From NCBI GenBank assembly GCA_051003155.1, contig JBPCLO010000012.1, positions 1-64,000 of the forward strand: 64,000 nucleotides of DNA. The letters are read 5' to 3'. Source of the stretch: Fimbriimonadales bacterium. GTDB lineage: Bacteria > Armatimonadota > Fimbriimonadia > Fimbriimonadales > ATM1. Positions within the stretch are counted from its first letter, which is position 1, and each line of letters begins with the position of its first letter. This document shows positions 1 through 9,745 of the stretch, in pieces. The notes below the pieces were generated by a model. That model made no database searches. It saw only the letters and a program-made list of their open reading frames with translations, and had not been told where the DNA came from. A program made the translations under genes and the position numbers.

Positions 1-234
1 CACGCAACCCCGTTCCCTCTCGGGCCCAGCGCGGCCCCCCCCCCCCCGGGCCAACATTTTGTCTGTCGGATCCGGCTCGACGCTGGCGGGAGCGAAGGGC
101 GTTCTATCGACAGAAGGCACCGGCAAGAGCGATGCCCGAGAACCCCGGGCCATGGAACGGCGGCTTTCTGCTAGAGTGCCATAGCGTCGCACGGGTGCTA
201 GTCGTATGAAGATGCAGCGCGTAAAGGAGAACGA

Positions 235-471
235 ATGAGTCTAAAGAATGGGTATTTGTCGCTGTCGGTCGCAGCTGCAACTATGCTGAGCCTTTCTGCC
301 GTCGCGATCACGCGGCGGGACGACTTGCCCGATGCGAAATACCTAGCTCTCGGCGCGACATTCGAAGCTGTAGGCCTCATCGACGTGTTCGTTGGCGGCC
401 GTCGCCTGCCACCGGCGATCGAGGCTACGGCCGTGAGATCGCGAGGGCATTCCTTCCCGCCTCGTTCTTGA
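235..471 (+). pseudogene. Truncated N-terminal fragment of a secreted trypsin-like serine protease
   Basis: Signal peptide followed by ITRRDDLPDAKYLALGATFEAVG, like the N-terminus of secreted trypsin-like proteases; similarity then stops and there is no catalytic triad. Confidence 0.4.
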
Positions 472-505
472 CACCGCCGCCCGCCTTGCCGTAAGCTTCA
501 CCGCA

Positions 506-3500
506 ATGATCATCTCAGTCATCGCCGCCATGTCTCTTGGCCAGGCCGTCGACGCGCGCCTTATGCGCTTTCCGGATATTCACGGCGACCGGACCCTGTT
601 TACCTACGCGGGGGATATTTGGACCGTGAGCGCCGAAGGGGGCGTTGCCAGGAAGCTGACCAACCATGCGGGGAACGAGGCATTGGGGAAGTTTTCGACC
701 GACGGCGCCTGGATCGCGTTTACGGCCAGCTATGACGGCAATGCGGACGTTTATGTGATGCGCAGCGAGGGCAGCGAGCCCAGACGCCTCACGTTCCATC
801 CCGACGCCGATGTCGTGCTCGACTGGATGCCTGACGGCAAATCGATCATGTTCCGCTCGTCGCGCGAGGCCGTGAGCGGGCGGTACCAGGGCGCATTCAC
901 CGTTCCAATGGCCGGAGGAACTCCCCAGGCGCTGCCCATGAAGGAGTCGGGCCTGGCGTCGGCATGTCCCGACGGAACGAAATTCGCGTATAACCGAATG
1001 CCGACCGAGAACGCGGCTTGGAAGCGATACCGAGGCGGCCTTCAAAGCTTCATTTCTTTTTACGATGCGGCGGCCAATAAATATTGGGAAATGGAGCATG
1101 ACGAGTCGGCATATTTGTGGCCGATGTGGGTGGATCACCGCGTTTATTATGCGAACGATTCGGACGGACGTTATAACTTATACAGCTTCGACACGCGCAA
1201 TAAGAGCAAAAAGCAGCTCACGAATTACAAAGATTTCGACATAAAATGGCCGAGCTATGGCTCAGGCAAAATCGCTTTCGAGCAGGACGCAAAGCTTTGG
1301 ATTTACGATATACAGTCAGATAAAGTCTCGAATTTGCCCGTTCAGATCCATAGCGATCTATTGGAGGCGCGGCCCTATCGGATGGAGCTCGGCAACCACG
1401 TCGGCGACCTGTCGATCTCGCCTTCCGGCGTGCGGGTTGCCTTGGAGGCGCGAGGGGAGGTGTTCAGCGTGCCGGTGAAGGAGGGGCTCACGCAGAATCT
1501 GACGCAAACGCCTGGGGCTCGCGAGCGGTATCCGAACTGGTCACCCGACGGCCAGACGATCCTGTACGCCAGCGACCGGAGCGGCGAGTATGAGTTCTGC
1601 ACGCAAAAGTCGGATGGCTCCGGTGAGCCGGTGCGGATTACGACGGGATTGAAGCGGTTCGTGCACTCCCCCACGTGGTCGCCGGACAGCAAGAAGTTCT
1701 TCTACACGGACGCCTCGAACAGCCTCTTCCTGGTGAACGTCGCGACGAAGAAAAACACTAAGATCGGCGGGTGGGATTACCCGGCATTCAACGACACGGT
1801 CTGGTCGCCGGACTCGAAATGGATCGCCTATTCTAAATCAGACTCGGCCGGTTTTGGTAAGATTTACATGTACTCAATCGAAACTGGCAAAGAGACGAAA
1901 GTCAGCCAAAATATTTTTGGCGACAACAACCCAGTTTTCGACGCGGATGGTAAGTATTTGTTCTTCGTTTCGACGCGCGACTTTAATCCAACGATGGGGA
2001 TTTTCGAATTGCGGTTTAATATGGTTGATGGGCAGCGTATTTACGGCTACACGCTGAGAAAAGATGCTCCCTCGCCTTTTGCCCCTAAAAACGAGATGGA
2101 AAAAATCGGTATCGACAAGCCTGCGCCGGAAAAGCAGCCGGACGATAAAGCCGAAGCCGCCCCTGCCCCTAAACCTTACGACCTCACGGACATGGATACC
2201 AGGCTTTTCAGCGTCCCCGTCTCGCCGGGCTCGTATGGCTTGGCGGGAAGTGCATCCGGAAAGCTATTCTATTTCTCGAACAACACGGTTTTCCAATTCG
2301 ATCTTGCTCAGAAGAAGGCGGACGCGATTTTAGAGGGGGCAGCGCAGATATCGTTCACGCCGAAAATGGACAAGATGGCCTACCAGTCGGGAGCGACCGT
2401 TGGCGTCATCCCTCTTCAGCCGGGCCAGAAGATTGGAGCGGGCCAGGTGAACCTCGCGGATATGGAAACTGTCGTCGACCCGAAGGCCGAATGGAAGCAG
2501 AGTTTTTGGGAGGCGTGGCGTTTCGAGCGTGATTATTTCTGGAATCCGAATATGGGTGGCTTGAATTGGAAAGCCATCGGCGACCGCTATGCGCAATGGT
2601 TGCCAAACGTCGCGCATCGCAGCGATTTGGACTATCTCCTTCGCGAATTGCTTGGCGAACTGGGTACGGGACATGCGTACGTAATACCTGCCCCTCTCGC
2701 GGGCGTGAGAAGCGTTCCGATCGGCTTGCTCGGTGCGGACTACGAGCGGACGGCGCAAGGCGTTCGCTTCAAGAAGGTTTACCGCGGACACATGTGGGAT
2801 TCAGCCCGCCGCGCCCCGCTCAACGAACCAGGAATGAACGTGGGCGACGGGGACTACCTCTTGGAAATCGACGGCCAAAAAATCGGGCCGAATACCAACG
2901 TAGACGAGTTGTTGGTCGGAAAGGCCGATAAGAACGTGGAAATAACTGTGAACTCGACGCCGAGCACGGTCGGATCGCGAAAGATTCTTGTCAAACCGAT
3001 CGGCGACGAAGGCGACTTGCGCTATGCGGATTGGCTGGATACGAACCGAAAATATGTGGACGAGAAGACGAACGGCCGGGTCGCGTATGTCCACGTTCCG
3101 AGCACCGGCATGGACGGCGTCATTGAATTCTATAAAATGTTCTATCCGCAGGTAGATAAAGAGGCGATTATAGTGGACGAACGATATAATTCCGGCGGAT
3201 TTATTCCGGATTTCTTTGTGGAAACGCTGGATCGCGAACCGCTGGTGCGCTGGAGTCCTAGGGACATGGGCGACTTTCGGTCTCCTGGGGCGGCGGTGAT
3301 TGGCCCGAAGGTTATGCTGATCAACCATTACGGCGGCTCGGGCGGTGACGCGTTCCCATATTTCTTCAAGAAGAAGAAATTGGGGCCGGTGATCGGCACG
3401 CGCACGTGGGGCGGCCTCGTGGGAATCACGGGCGGCCGAGACCTGATGGCAGGCGGTGCGGTAACGATCCCGCAATTTGCCATATGGGACGTGGAGAACG

Positions 3501-3703
3501 GGAAGTCGAAGTGGGTCGTCGAGAATGTGGGTGTGCCTCCGGACATCAAAGTCGACAACACGCCCGATCAAGTTCTCATGGGCAAAGATCCTCAGTTGGA
3601 CAAAGCAATCGCAGTGATCATGGAAGCGCTGCGCAAGAACCCGCCGGCGAAGCCGGCTAAGCCGCCGTATCCCGGGGGCGGGGGCTCGACGACTGCCGAC
3701 TGA
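506..3703 (+). CDS. Tricorn protease homolog (S41 family; PD40 propellers, PDZ)
   Basis: 1065 aa; RFPDIHGD start, WSPD repeats, ELLGELGTGHAY, DERYNSGG, GSGGDAF, GTRTWGG motifs. Confidence 0.95.
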   Translation: MIISVIAAMSLGQAVDARLMRFPDIHGDRTLFTYAGDIWTVSAEGGVARKLTNHAGNEALGKFSTDGAWIAFTASYDGNADVYVMRSEGSEPRRLTFHPDADVVLDWMPDGKSIMFRSSREAVSGRYQGAFTVPMAGGTPQALPMKESGLASACPDGTKFAYNRMPTENAAWKRYRGGLQSFISFYDAAANKYWEMEHDESAYLWPMWVDHRVYYANDSDGRYNLYSFDTRNKSKKQLTNYKDFDIKWPSYGSGKIAFEQDAKLWIYDIQSDKVSNLPVQIHSDLLEARPYRMELGNHVGDLSISPSGVRVALEARGEVFSVPVKEGLTQNLTQTPGARERYPNWSPDGQTILYASDRSGEYEFCTQKSDGSGEPVRITTGLKRFVHSPTWSPDSKKFFYTDASNSLFLVNVATKKNTKIGGWDYPAFNDTVWSPDSKWIAYSKSDSAGFGKIYMYSIETGKETKVSQNIFGDNNPVFDADGKYLFFVSTRDFNPTMGIFELRFNMVDGQRIYGYTLRKDAPSPFAPKNEMEKIGIDKPAPEKQPDDKAEAAPAPKPYDLTDMDTRLFSVPVSPGSYGLAGSASGKLFYFSNNTVFQFDLAQKKADAILEGAAQISFTPKMDKMAYQSGATVGVIPLQPGQKIGAGQVNLADMETVVDPKAEWKQSFWEAWRFERDYFWNPNMGGLNWKAIGDRYAQWLPNVAHRSDLDYLLRELLGELGTGHAYVIPAPLAGVRSVPIGLLGADYERTAQGVRFKKVYRGHMWDSARRAPLNEPGMNVGDGDYLLEIDGQKIGPNTNVDELLVGKADKNVEITVNSTPSTVGSRKILVKPIGDEGDLRYADWLDTNRKYVDEKTNGRVAYVHVPSTGMDGVIEFYKMFYPQVDKEAIIVDERYNSGGFIPDFFVETLDREPLVRWSPRDMGDFRSPGAAVIGPKVMLINHYGGSGGDAFPYFFKKKKLGPVIGTRTWGGLVGITGGRDLMAGGAVTIPQFAIWDVENGKSKWVVENVGVPPDIKVDNTPDQVLMGKDPQLDKAIAVIMEALRKNPPAKPAKPPYPGGGGSTTAD

Positions 3704-3718
3704 CGACTGTCGACTGCC
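3691..3718 (+). repeat. Heptamer tandem repeat GACTGNC x4
   Basis: GACTGCC GACTGAC GACTGTC GACTGCC spanning the tricorn stop codon. Confidence 0.8.
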
Positions 3719-3813
3719 GATCGGAGCCGACAGACAAAAACTGCAGGCTCACTGCTTCTACCGCAACTGGTGGGTGTCGCTACGCAGGCGTGAGCGGCGG
3801 CCATAATACCCAA

Positions 3814-4098
3814 ATGACTCTACAAGAGCGTCTAAACCATGAGCGCGCAGACATACATGTGTCCGGATGGCTGCAGGAAATCTGGAATCACTTGCCGGAC
3901 GCGGACCTTGCGCACGAATTGAGGGTTGCCTACCGAGTCGACCAATTTCTTCAACATGTAAACATGGATGGTTTGGATGGCTATTTTGAAAATAATGCGG
4001 ATGATGTCGACTTCGACCTCAAGGCACTGCGAGAAATTGGCCTCGATGAGGCCGCGAGCCGTGTTGAAGAGGGGATAAACGGCGGTGGCATCGACTAA
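3814..4098 (+). CDS. DUF4375/DMP19-like small acidic protein
   Basis: VNMDGLDGYFEN...ALREIG pattern; ATG 6 nt after CATAAT. Confidence 0.6.
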   Translation: MTLQERLNHERADIHVSGWLQEIWNHLPDADLAHELRVAYRVDQFLQHVNMDGLDGYFENNADDVDFDLKALREIGLDEAASRVEEGINGGGID

Positions 4099-4224
4099 GC
4101 CCTAATGGCGAGCAGTCCGCAGATCGAAACTGCAACTCATCGATATATACAGGAGCGATTGAGCATCTTTGAAGGCTTTGAACAACAAACTTCGTAGGCG
4201 GTGTCGGCAGCCGTCGGCCGCTCT

Positions 4225-6447
4225 TCACGCGGGAGTTTCTTGTTCTTCCTCTTCGAGTTCGGTGAAGTCGATAAACTCGGCGCGGACCTTAGCCATCTCC
4301 GTCTGCATGGTCACGAGTTTGTGATACGTGCCTTCGCGATCCATCAGCTCATCGTGCGTGCCTTGTTCGCTTATTTTCCCGTCTTCCAAGACGATAATAC
4401 GATCTGCGTGCTTTAGCGTGCTCAAACGGTGGGCTATCGCAAACGCCGTTCGGCCCTCCACCAAATTATTAAGCGCTTCCTGAATCATCCGCTCCGTTTC
4501 GGTATCCACGCTCGAGGTCGCTTCGTCGAGAATCAAGACCTTGGGATTGTGCAGAATCGCGCGCGCGATCGAAATTCTTTGGCGCTCCCCGCCGGAAAGA
4601 CGCTGCCCGCGCTCGCCGACATAGGAGTCGTAACCGTCGGGAAACTTCATGATGAAATCGTGCGCGTTAGCCGCCTTTGCTGCCGCCATTATTTCCTCTG
4701 GAGTTGCGCTTGTGCGGCCATATGCGATGTTGCTCTGTATGGTTCCCGGAAATAGAAACGACTCCTGCGGAACGACGCCGACGTTGCGCCTAAATTCTTC
4801 AAGGTCCAGTTCGCGAGTGTCGATTCCGTCGATCTTAATGTTGCCCTCCGTCGGATCGTAAAACCTTAGAAGCAAATTCATGAGAGTGCTTTTTCCACTG
4901 CCGCTCGGCCCGACGACGCCAATCATTTCGCCTGGCTTCACGTCGAGGGTTACCCCGTGAATCACCTCGCTCGCCTTGTCGTAGCCGAATCGCACGTTCT
5001 CGAACAAAATCCTGCCCTCGTAGCGCCCGAGATACTTCGGCTCTTTTGGTTGACGAATGTCGGGCACGGTGTCCATGACTTCGAAAACGCGCTCGCCGGC
5101 GGTCAGCGCACGGCTTGTCCAGTCGATAACGCGGCTAAGCTGCATCATCGGCGCCTGCATCTGGGTCAGGTACGTGACGAATAGGAAGAACTCGCCGGTG
5201 GACATTTGGCCGCCCATCACGCGCGCTCCGCCGACGTAGTAGGCCAAGATCGTCCCCGTGCTGACCAAGAACAAGATAATCGGGAAAAAGACGGACCAAG
5301 CGGTTTCCGCCGAATATCCGAGGTCGGCAAGGTTCTGAACGCGCCGAGTGAATTTCGCCACTTCGCGGTCCTCACCGCGAAATGCCTTGACCACCCGCAT
5401 GCCGCTTAAAACGCCGTTAAGGGCGCCGCTGAGCCGAGACCAGCTGTGCCAAAACCGCCGCCAAACGCGCATAATTCTCCGTCGAAAAACGCGCACTAAA
5501 TAAAGAATAATCGGAATCGGAAGCAACACCGCAAGCGCAACCTGCCAGTTAATTACGAATAGAACGATGGGTATCGAAATCAGGATCAAACCATCTCGCA
5601 GCAGATAGGGCACCCCATCGACCAACACCTCGTACAGGGCTCCGGTGTCGTTGGTCATGCGCGACATAACGCTTCCTACAGTTCGCCGATCGAAAAAAGA
5701 CAGCGAAAGCGCTTGAAAATGCTCGAATAGGCGCGCCCGAATGTCGACGGTGACTCGATTTCCGATCCAGGCATTAATCCAGCCGCGGAGCATCGTAAGC
5801 CCCATCGCGAGCAACGCGGCGCCGGCCATTCCCAAAATAACCGGCAAAAAGAGATCGCGGCGCTTCTGCTCGAAAACCTGGTCGACGAGGATCTTGATGA
5901 GGTAGCCGGGCACGAGCGCCGCAGCAGTGCTTCCCACCAACAACAGGGTGCTTAGGGTGACCCTGGCTTTGTATGGCGCGACAAATCGAAACAGACGAAT
6001 TAGGGTTTTCCCGCGATTGATGCAGTAGTCGCAGATATCGCTGTCCGCGGGGAGAGGGCGATGGCACTTGGGGCAGACACGCTTTGCTTCTGCTTCCTCC
6101 AAGTCGTCTTCCCCGGCTCGAAGCTTGGTCAGACTCTTGGCGGCGTTGATCAGGGGTCCCGAGCCGGCGGCGCTCGAACGCAGGAGCTCCACCGAGTGCC
6201 CGCCGATATCGGCTACAAGCCGGCCGGCATCGACCAATTCTTCATACCGAAAATTGGACATAGCCTGTAGGGGCCAACTTTCTTTGGCAGGTAACGTCCA
6301 AATGCGCTCGTCCGGCCCGGTGACCAGGAGGTGGCTTTCGCCGAATTTGGCTGCGTTCGTGAGATCCGACGTAACCGAGAACATAACGACCTCGCCGTTG
6401 CGAAGGTCGAGTAAATCGTCGAACGAAACGGTCTCCTCCGTCGCCAT
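4225..6447 (-). CDS. ABC exporter, fused permease/ATPase with N-terminal extension and zinc ribbon
   Basis: GPSGSGKS, LSGGERQR, ILDEATSS; six-TM domain; CPKC...CDYC upstream of the TM domain. Confidence 0.92.
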   Translation of the reverse strand: MATEETVSFDDLLDLRNGEVVMFSVTSDLTNAAKFGESHLLVTGPDERIWTLPAKESWPLQAMSNFRYEELVDAGRLVADIGGHSVELLRSSAAGSGPLINAAKSLTKLRAGEDDLEEAEAKRVCPKCHRPLPADSDICDYCINRGKTLIRLFRFVAPYKARVTLSTLLLVGSTAAALVPGYLIKILVDQVFEQKRRDLFLPVILGMAGAALLAMGLTMLRGWINAWIGNRVTVDIRARLFEHFQALSLSFFDRRTVGSVMSRMTNDTGALYEVLVDGVPYLLRDGLILISIPIVLFVINWQVALAVLLPIPIILYLVRVFRRRIMRVWRRFWHSWSRLSGALNGVLSGMRVVKAFRGEDREVAKFTRRVQNLADLGYSAETAWSVFFPIILFLVSTGTILAYYVGGARVMGGQMSTGEFFLFVTYLTQMQAPMMQLSRVIDWTSRALTAGERVFEVMDTVPDIRQPKEPKYLGRYEGRILFENVRFGYDKASEVIHGVTLDVKPGEMIGVVGPSGSGKSTLMNLLLRFYDPTEGNIKIDGIDTRELDLEEFRRNVGVVPQESFLFPGTIQSNIAYGRTSATPEEIMAAAKAANAHDFIMKFPDGYDSYVGERGQRLSGGERQRISIARAILHNPKVLILDEATSSVDTETERMIQEALNNLVEGRTAFAIAHRLSTLKHADRIIVLEDGKISEQGTHDELMDREGTYHKLVTMQTEMAKVRAEFIDFTELEEEEQETPA

Positions 6448-6660
6448 AAATGCCCCAAAGCATTCTACTCTGTCGGCTAACAGTCCCTTAACGGAGGGTC
6501 TGGGAACCATTTGGATTCGGCGGGCGTCTATCAGGCAGACGAGCCGGATTAAACGAACCGCTCTTTATGGTAATTGGCTGGAAACAGCAATGGAGCGCGT
6601 ATTACCTCCCTCCCATGCGCGCTTCGAGAAGGCCCTGGCGTTATGCCGGGGCCCTTCTTT

Positions 6661-8919
6661 TTAGGTGTTGATTTCGAGCAGGATACGCGCGGCATCGCCT
6701 TTGTCTATCGATTCGTTTGCGTATGGGCAGCGAGCGCTTAGCACACATGCGGGGCAGCCGTCCGTGCAGGTGCACGAAAACAACTGTTCGGTTACTCTTT
6801 CCAACCAGAGCTCGCAAGAGGTGAACAGGGTCTCGGCCAAGCCGATTCCGCCGGCGACGGCATCGAACACGAAAATCGCAGGCCGTGCGGTCTCCGGCCA
6901 AAGCGGATAGTAGGCACTTCCCAGGTCCCGAACTTCGCATTGCGCAATCGTCGGAGCGAGAGCAAGAAACAAATGCTCGAGCGCATGGACGCCGTCCGAG
7001 GTCGAATCCAGACCCCTCACTGTCGGCACATCGAACCTCACAGCGAAAGTATCGAACGTGCTTGGCGGCAAGTCGAGGTCTTCTCGTGAAATGACGGAGT
7101 CGTCGAGAAGCGACCTTCGAAAGAAGGCGTCAACCGACGTGGTCACCTCGACGGCCTCCAAACGAACGCCGAGAGTATTTACCGACAAGGCGTCGATTTC
7201 TTCCTTGGGAGTCACCGTTGTCTCCGCCAGCGACTGCGTGTAATAGTTCACCTCGACGCGCTCGACCGTGATCTGCCTGGCGATCAAGTTTAAATCGGTG
7301 ACCAGGTACTGGTCCCCCCGGTGAAGGTAGATCGCACCCGCATGGGCCGACATGAACGCGCGCCACTGGTCCATCGTGCCGATCTCGCCTCTCGCTGCTT
7401 GAATCGTGTACGGTATGCCTCCTCCGCCCCTGATGTCTACGTCGCCGGCGGGGCTGTGTGGCGAAGGATAAAGCCACATCCCCGAACGCCTAACGAGCTT
7501 GCCCTCTCCCTCTAGGCCCTCCAAGACCTCCAGCGAATTTTCTGGATACGACATCAGCTCTGCTGCAGAAATTGGCCGCTCGTAAGCTGCGCACCGAAGC
7601 TGCTCCGCCAAAATGTACGGGTTCGACGGCTGGGCTCGGACCGCTTCGGCCCTGCCGTCCAGAAGCACCTCCGGATGTCGCATATAGTATTGATCTAGCG
7701 GGTCGTTTTTGGCCACTAGTACACCCAAAGCCTCGCGCTTGCCCCTTCCTGCGCGACCGGCTTGCTGGCGCAGGCTGCTGATCGACCCGGGAAAGCCATT
7801 CATGATAACGGCGTCCAGGGTCCCAACGTCCACGCCCAACTCCATGGCGTCCGTTGTGCTGAGGCCGAGCAGCTCTCCGTTGAACAGCCTCTGCTCGATC
7901 GCCCGGCGCTCGGCCGTTGTGTAGCCTCCCCGGTAGCTTTCGATCTGCTTCGCCAACCGCGGGCCTGCCAAGGAAAGGCCTTCGCGCGTGTATCTTAGTA
8001 TCAGTTCTGCCGTGATGCGGGAGCGGGCAAAGGCCAGCGTGCGCACTCCGTGAACGGCAAAAGTCCCGAGAAGCTGAGATGTTTCGGAGTTGCCGGATCG
8101 CCGATGGCCCTCATCATCCTCGGGTGGATTCCACATTAGGAGGTAGCGTTTGCCTCGTGGCGAGCCGTCACGGTCCACAATCTCCGCTCCGGTTCCTACC
8201 AAAGACGCGAACAACTCCGAGGGGTTGGCGATCGTTGCGCTGCAAGCAATAATCTGGGGCTTGCTGCCGTACAGTTCACACAGCCTGAACAGGCGCCGGA
8301 GGACTAGCGACACGTGCGCGCCGAAAACGCCGGAGTAGGTGTGCATCTCGTCGAGCGCGACGAAGCGAAGGTTTCGCAGGAACTTTCCCCACGCCGTGTG
8401 ATTCGGCAGGATGCCCACATGGAGCATGTCCGGGTTTGTAAGGAGGATATGCGCGGCGGATCGGATTGCCGGCCGTTCGGCCTTTGGCGTGTCACCGTCG
8501 TAGGTTTCCGCCTCGATGCCGTTCACTAGGATTTGTCGAAGCTTCCCGAGTTGGTCGCGTGCAAGTGCTTTGGTGGGGAACAGGTAGAGTGCCCGCGCCG
8601 GGGGTTCGGTCGCCAGTCGGTTGAGGACCGGCACGTTGTAGCAAAGACTTTTGCCACTCGAGGTCCCGCTGGTAACTACAACGTTCTTGCCGGCCTCGGC
8701 CAGGTCGATGGCATCGGCTTGGTGGCTGTAAAATCGGTGGATTCCGGTCGACGCGAGACTGCTCAGAACTGCCGGATCGATCCGCCGCTCGGGGACTTCG
8801 AAAGCGGCCTCTCGCGCTTCGCTGACTCCTTGCTCCGAGATCTGGTTCGCATAGTAAGGCGTCCGTTTCAAGGCCAAGATAATTTGGGCGAGATCGACCT
8901 CAGCGCTATTCGGCGGCAT
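6661..8919 (-). CDS. DEAD/DEAH helicase with C-terminal DUF1998 (YprA/MrfA/Hrq1 family)
   Basis: TSSGKS, DEMH, SAT, QQAGRAGR, C-terminal CTCTDGCPAC...C. Confidence 0.93.
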   Translation of the reverse strand: MPPNSAEVDLAQIILALKRTPYYANQISEQGVSEAREAAFEVPERRIDPAVLSSLASTGIHRFYSHQADAIDLAEAGKNVVVTSGTSSGKSLCYNVPVLNRLATEPPARALYLFPTKALARDQLGKLRQILVNGIEAETYDGDTPKAERPAIRSAAHILLTNPDMLHVGILPNHTAWGKFLRNLRFVALDEMHTYSGVFGAHVSLVLRRLFRLCELYGSKPQIIACSATIANPSELFASLVGTGAEIVDRDGSPRGKRYLLMWNPPEDDEGHRRSGNSETSQLLGTFAVHGVRTLAFARSRITAELILRYTREGLSLAGPRLAKQIESYRGGYTTAERRAIEQRLFNGELLGLSTTDAMELGVDVGTLDAVIMNGFPGSISSLRQQAGRAGRGKREALGVLVAKNDPLDQYYMRHPEVLLDGRAEAVRAQPSNPYILAEQLRCAAYERPISAAELMSYPENSLEVLEGLEGEGKLVRRSGMWLYPSPHSPAGDVDIRGGGGIPYTIQAARGEIGTMDQWRAFMSAHAGAIYLHRGDQYLVTDLNLIARQITVERVEVNYYTQSLAETTVTPKEEIDALSVNTLGVRLEAVEVTTSVDAFFRRSLLDDSVISREDLDLPPSTFDTFAVRFDVPTVRGLDSTSDGVHALEHLFLALAPTIAQCEVRDLGSAYYPLWPETARPAIFVFDAVAGGIGLAETLFTSCELWLERVTEQLFSCTCTDGCPACVLSARCPYANESIDKGDAARILLEINT

Positions 8920-9721
8920 CGGCCCTTTCCCTCTTGACCCTCCTCTTTTCCGTGACCCGAATAGCGGAGATGCTGGCAAAGTAGAGCAGCGTCAGCGGGA
9001 CGGCCATCGCTATGAAGCTGAAGAAGTCGCCTCCGGGAGTGAGAAAGGCCGACAGTGCGGCGATGCCCCCGACGGCCATGCGCCAGTTCTTCCAAAGAGC
9101 ATCAGCCGTGATGATGCCCACTGAGCCGAAGAACCACAGGACGAGGGGAAGTTGGAAGCCGAGACCGAACGCGAACAGCATCTTCATTATGAAAATAACG
9201 TAGCTGCCCGGGTTTTGAAGTAGCTCGGTTCCCTGGAAGTCGTCCAAAAAGCTCAGGAACCAGGCGAACGCCGGCCTTAGAATAAGATAGCCGAAGAACG
9301 TTCCGACGAGGAACAGTACGGCGCTGAGGGGGGCGACAATTCTCAATGGCTTGCGTTCGTTCGGCTTCAGCGCGGGCCGCACGAAGCCCCAAAGCTGCAC
9401 GATGATCACCGGCGCGGCTAGCACCAGCCCGATAATGAAGGAAAGCTTGAACTTGAGGAAAAACGGGTCGGAGAAGTTTGTGAACGCCTCTTTGCCGACC
9501 ACACCCGCTGGCCACAGGGAAGGGTCTCTGACGATCGCGTTGAGGTTCTCGTAAATGTACGGTTCGAGGAACCAGCCAGCCGCCCAGCCCATAGCAAGGA
9601 CGAGCAGCGAGCGCATAATTCTCGCTCGCAGCTCGTCTAAATGTTCGACTAAGGTCGCCCTGTGGGACTCGGGGTCTTCGGGGTCGTTCCAGGGCTCGGT
9701 GTTATCGGGCGCGATGGCCAT
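8906..9721 (-). CDS. tatC: Twin-arginine translocase subunit TatC
   Basis: LVEHLDELRARI, QLWGFVRPAL, FGLGFQLP, LTP motifs; six TM helices. Confidence 0.95.
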   Translation of the reverse strand: MAIAPDNTEPWNDPEDPESHRATLVEHLDELRARIMRSLLVLAMGWAAGWFLEPYIYENLNAIVRDPSLWPAGVVGKEAFTNFSDPFFLKFKLSFIIGLVLAAPVIIVQLWGFVRPALKPNERKPLRIVAPLSAVLFLVGTFFGYLILRPAFAWFLSFLDDFQGTELLQNPGSYVIFIMKMLFAFGLGFQLPLVLWFFGSVGIITADALWKNWRMAVGGIAALSAFLTPGGDFFSFIAMAVPLTLLYFASISAIRVTEKRRVKRERADAAE

Positions 9722-9745
9722 TCCCCATTGTGGGCTTGGCCGTCT

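Noticed and set aside
35..47. C13 homopolymer as a phase-variation tract
   Set aside because: It lies at the window edge in low-complexity sequence with no assignable gene; may be an assembly artefact
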